From assembly GCA_010093815.1 (NCBI GenBank), contig ML996574.1: a stretch of 64,000 bases of DNA. One strand, written 5' to 3'. This DNA is from Pseudovirgaria hyperparasitica (Eukaryota). The notes beneath the pieces were generated by a model. That model was not told the DNA's origin. It saw only the letters and a program-made list of their open reading frames with translations, and made no database searches. Positions 63,148 through 64,000 of the stretch are shown here, piece after piece. The position numbers were made by a program, and so were the translations under genes. Numbering within the stretch: position 1 is the first letter of the stretch; every line of letters begins with the position of its first letter.

Positions 63148-64000
63148 TCAGGCATTTGGCCTTTTCAGGATGTCCGAAAAATTCACATTTTCATCTCTTG
63201 GATCTGTTGTACCCAGACCCTCTTCCTTTCCGACTTGTTCATCCTTCGCCTCGTCTGTCTCGATGTCTGACGCGGGAGGGCTCGGGAGCGCACATTCTCC
63301 ATCTTCCTTCGCGGTGCTCTTCTCTTTCTTGAACACATTCTCCACCCTGTCTAAGTCACTGCCGCTCGGATCAGTTGGGGACGTCTCGCCCACGCTCTGT
63401 CTCCGCAGCACTGTCTGTGTATCATCATTGGGGATCTGGGAAAGATGGTCGTCAATACTGCGCTTCTCGTTCGATATGGCGTTCATCTCACTTTTGCGGG
63501 CGTTGATTGTGCCGTTTGTTTTGGCACCGTTGGCTATCCCATTGGCTGTCCCGTTGGTTGCACCGTTGGCGACACCATTAGCGATACCGTTGATTTCGAG
63601 TCTCTTGCCAACTTTGTCAGTCTCGCGGTTTACACCCTTCGCTGCATCGTGGGCGGAGTTTGCAATCTCTTTCGCGCCTTTCTTGGCAGCATCCTTGTCA
63701 CCGCGAGAGATGGGGGCGATGCGTCGCATATACGACTTGACAAAGAATCGTACAAATAATGCACTGCAGCATGTGAGCATGGTACGTCGCCTGGCAAGGA
63801 AAACTTACGTGAGAGGAGCCAGATACATTAAGTTCAGCCACACGGCAAAACTTTGTCCAGTGGTGTCGATGCACTGCACCCATTGATATTCATTCCTAAA
63901 TCGAGTCTCGTAACCTGGCGCTGTGTGACCGGTGAGATTTTCAAACTTTGCGGCAATTTGATCCTTCAACACATGAGGACGTTCACCCATGTTTTCAGCA
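63148..64000 (-). CDS. GNS1/SUR4 (ELO) fatty-acid elongase-like protein, 3' part only
   Basis: CIDTTGQSFAVWLNLMYLAPLT, intron about 63765-63807, then ALFVRFFVKSY; gene continues beyond the window. Confidence 0.7.

Noticed and set aside
62942..63886. 314-aa plus-strand ORF
   Set aside because: Antisense shadow of the elongase C-terminal exon

Overview
Gene-dense, intron-containing eukaryotic DNA from a filamentous ascomycete (Pezizomycotina; Dothideomycetes is an inference from gene style). It has GT..AG introns of mostly 45-90 nt with CTRAC-type branch points, about 25 protein-coding genes, one intron-containing tRNA-Arg(UCG) gene, and a long (CAGT)n microsatellite spanning a 10-N assembly gap. 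Recognisable genes: RBM39/Pad-1 splicing factor, SCS7, DML1/Misato, a His/Pro-repeat GPI-type wall protein, vWA and BTB proteins, a divergent FTR1/FET3 iron-uptake pair with three ATCWGATAA sites, an acyltransferase-3, a ClrB/Clr-2/ManR-like Zn2Cys6 factor, PIS1, a second Zn-cluster protein, GH2 beta-mannosidase, thaumatin-like and cupredoxin-like proteins, CENP-X, a PAC4-like chaperone, carnosine N-methyltransferase, a SAM methyltransferase, AzgA, MIR1, a dienelactone-hydrolase/SnoaL protein, an ExoIII-type nuclease and a partial elongase. I found no transposon, CRISPR array or secondary-metabolite backbone gene, and I cannot claim a new system with confidence. The best leads are: (i) repeated sharp C/A-rich to G/T-rich strand-skew flips inside genes (candidate replication origins or other strand-asymmetric mutation centres); (ii) a ClrB/ManR-like regulator about 7 kb from a beta-mannosidase whose promoter has a CGGN8CCG site; (iii) a long, hairpin-rich last intron in the RBM39 homologue; (iv) a 426-aa orphan ORF; (v) a structured intergenic element near 50.6 kb. 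Family assignments come from motif recognition by eye, not database searches, and splice coordinates were read manually.
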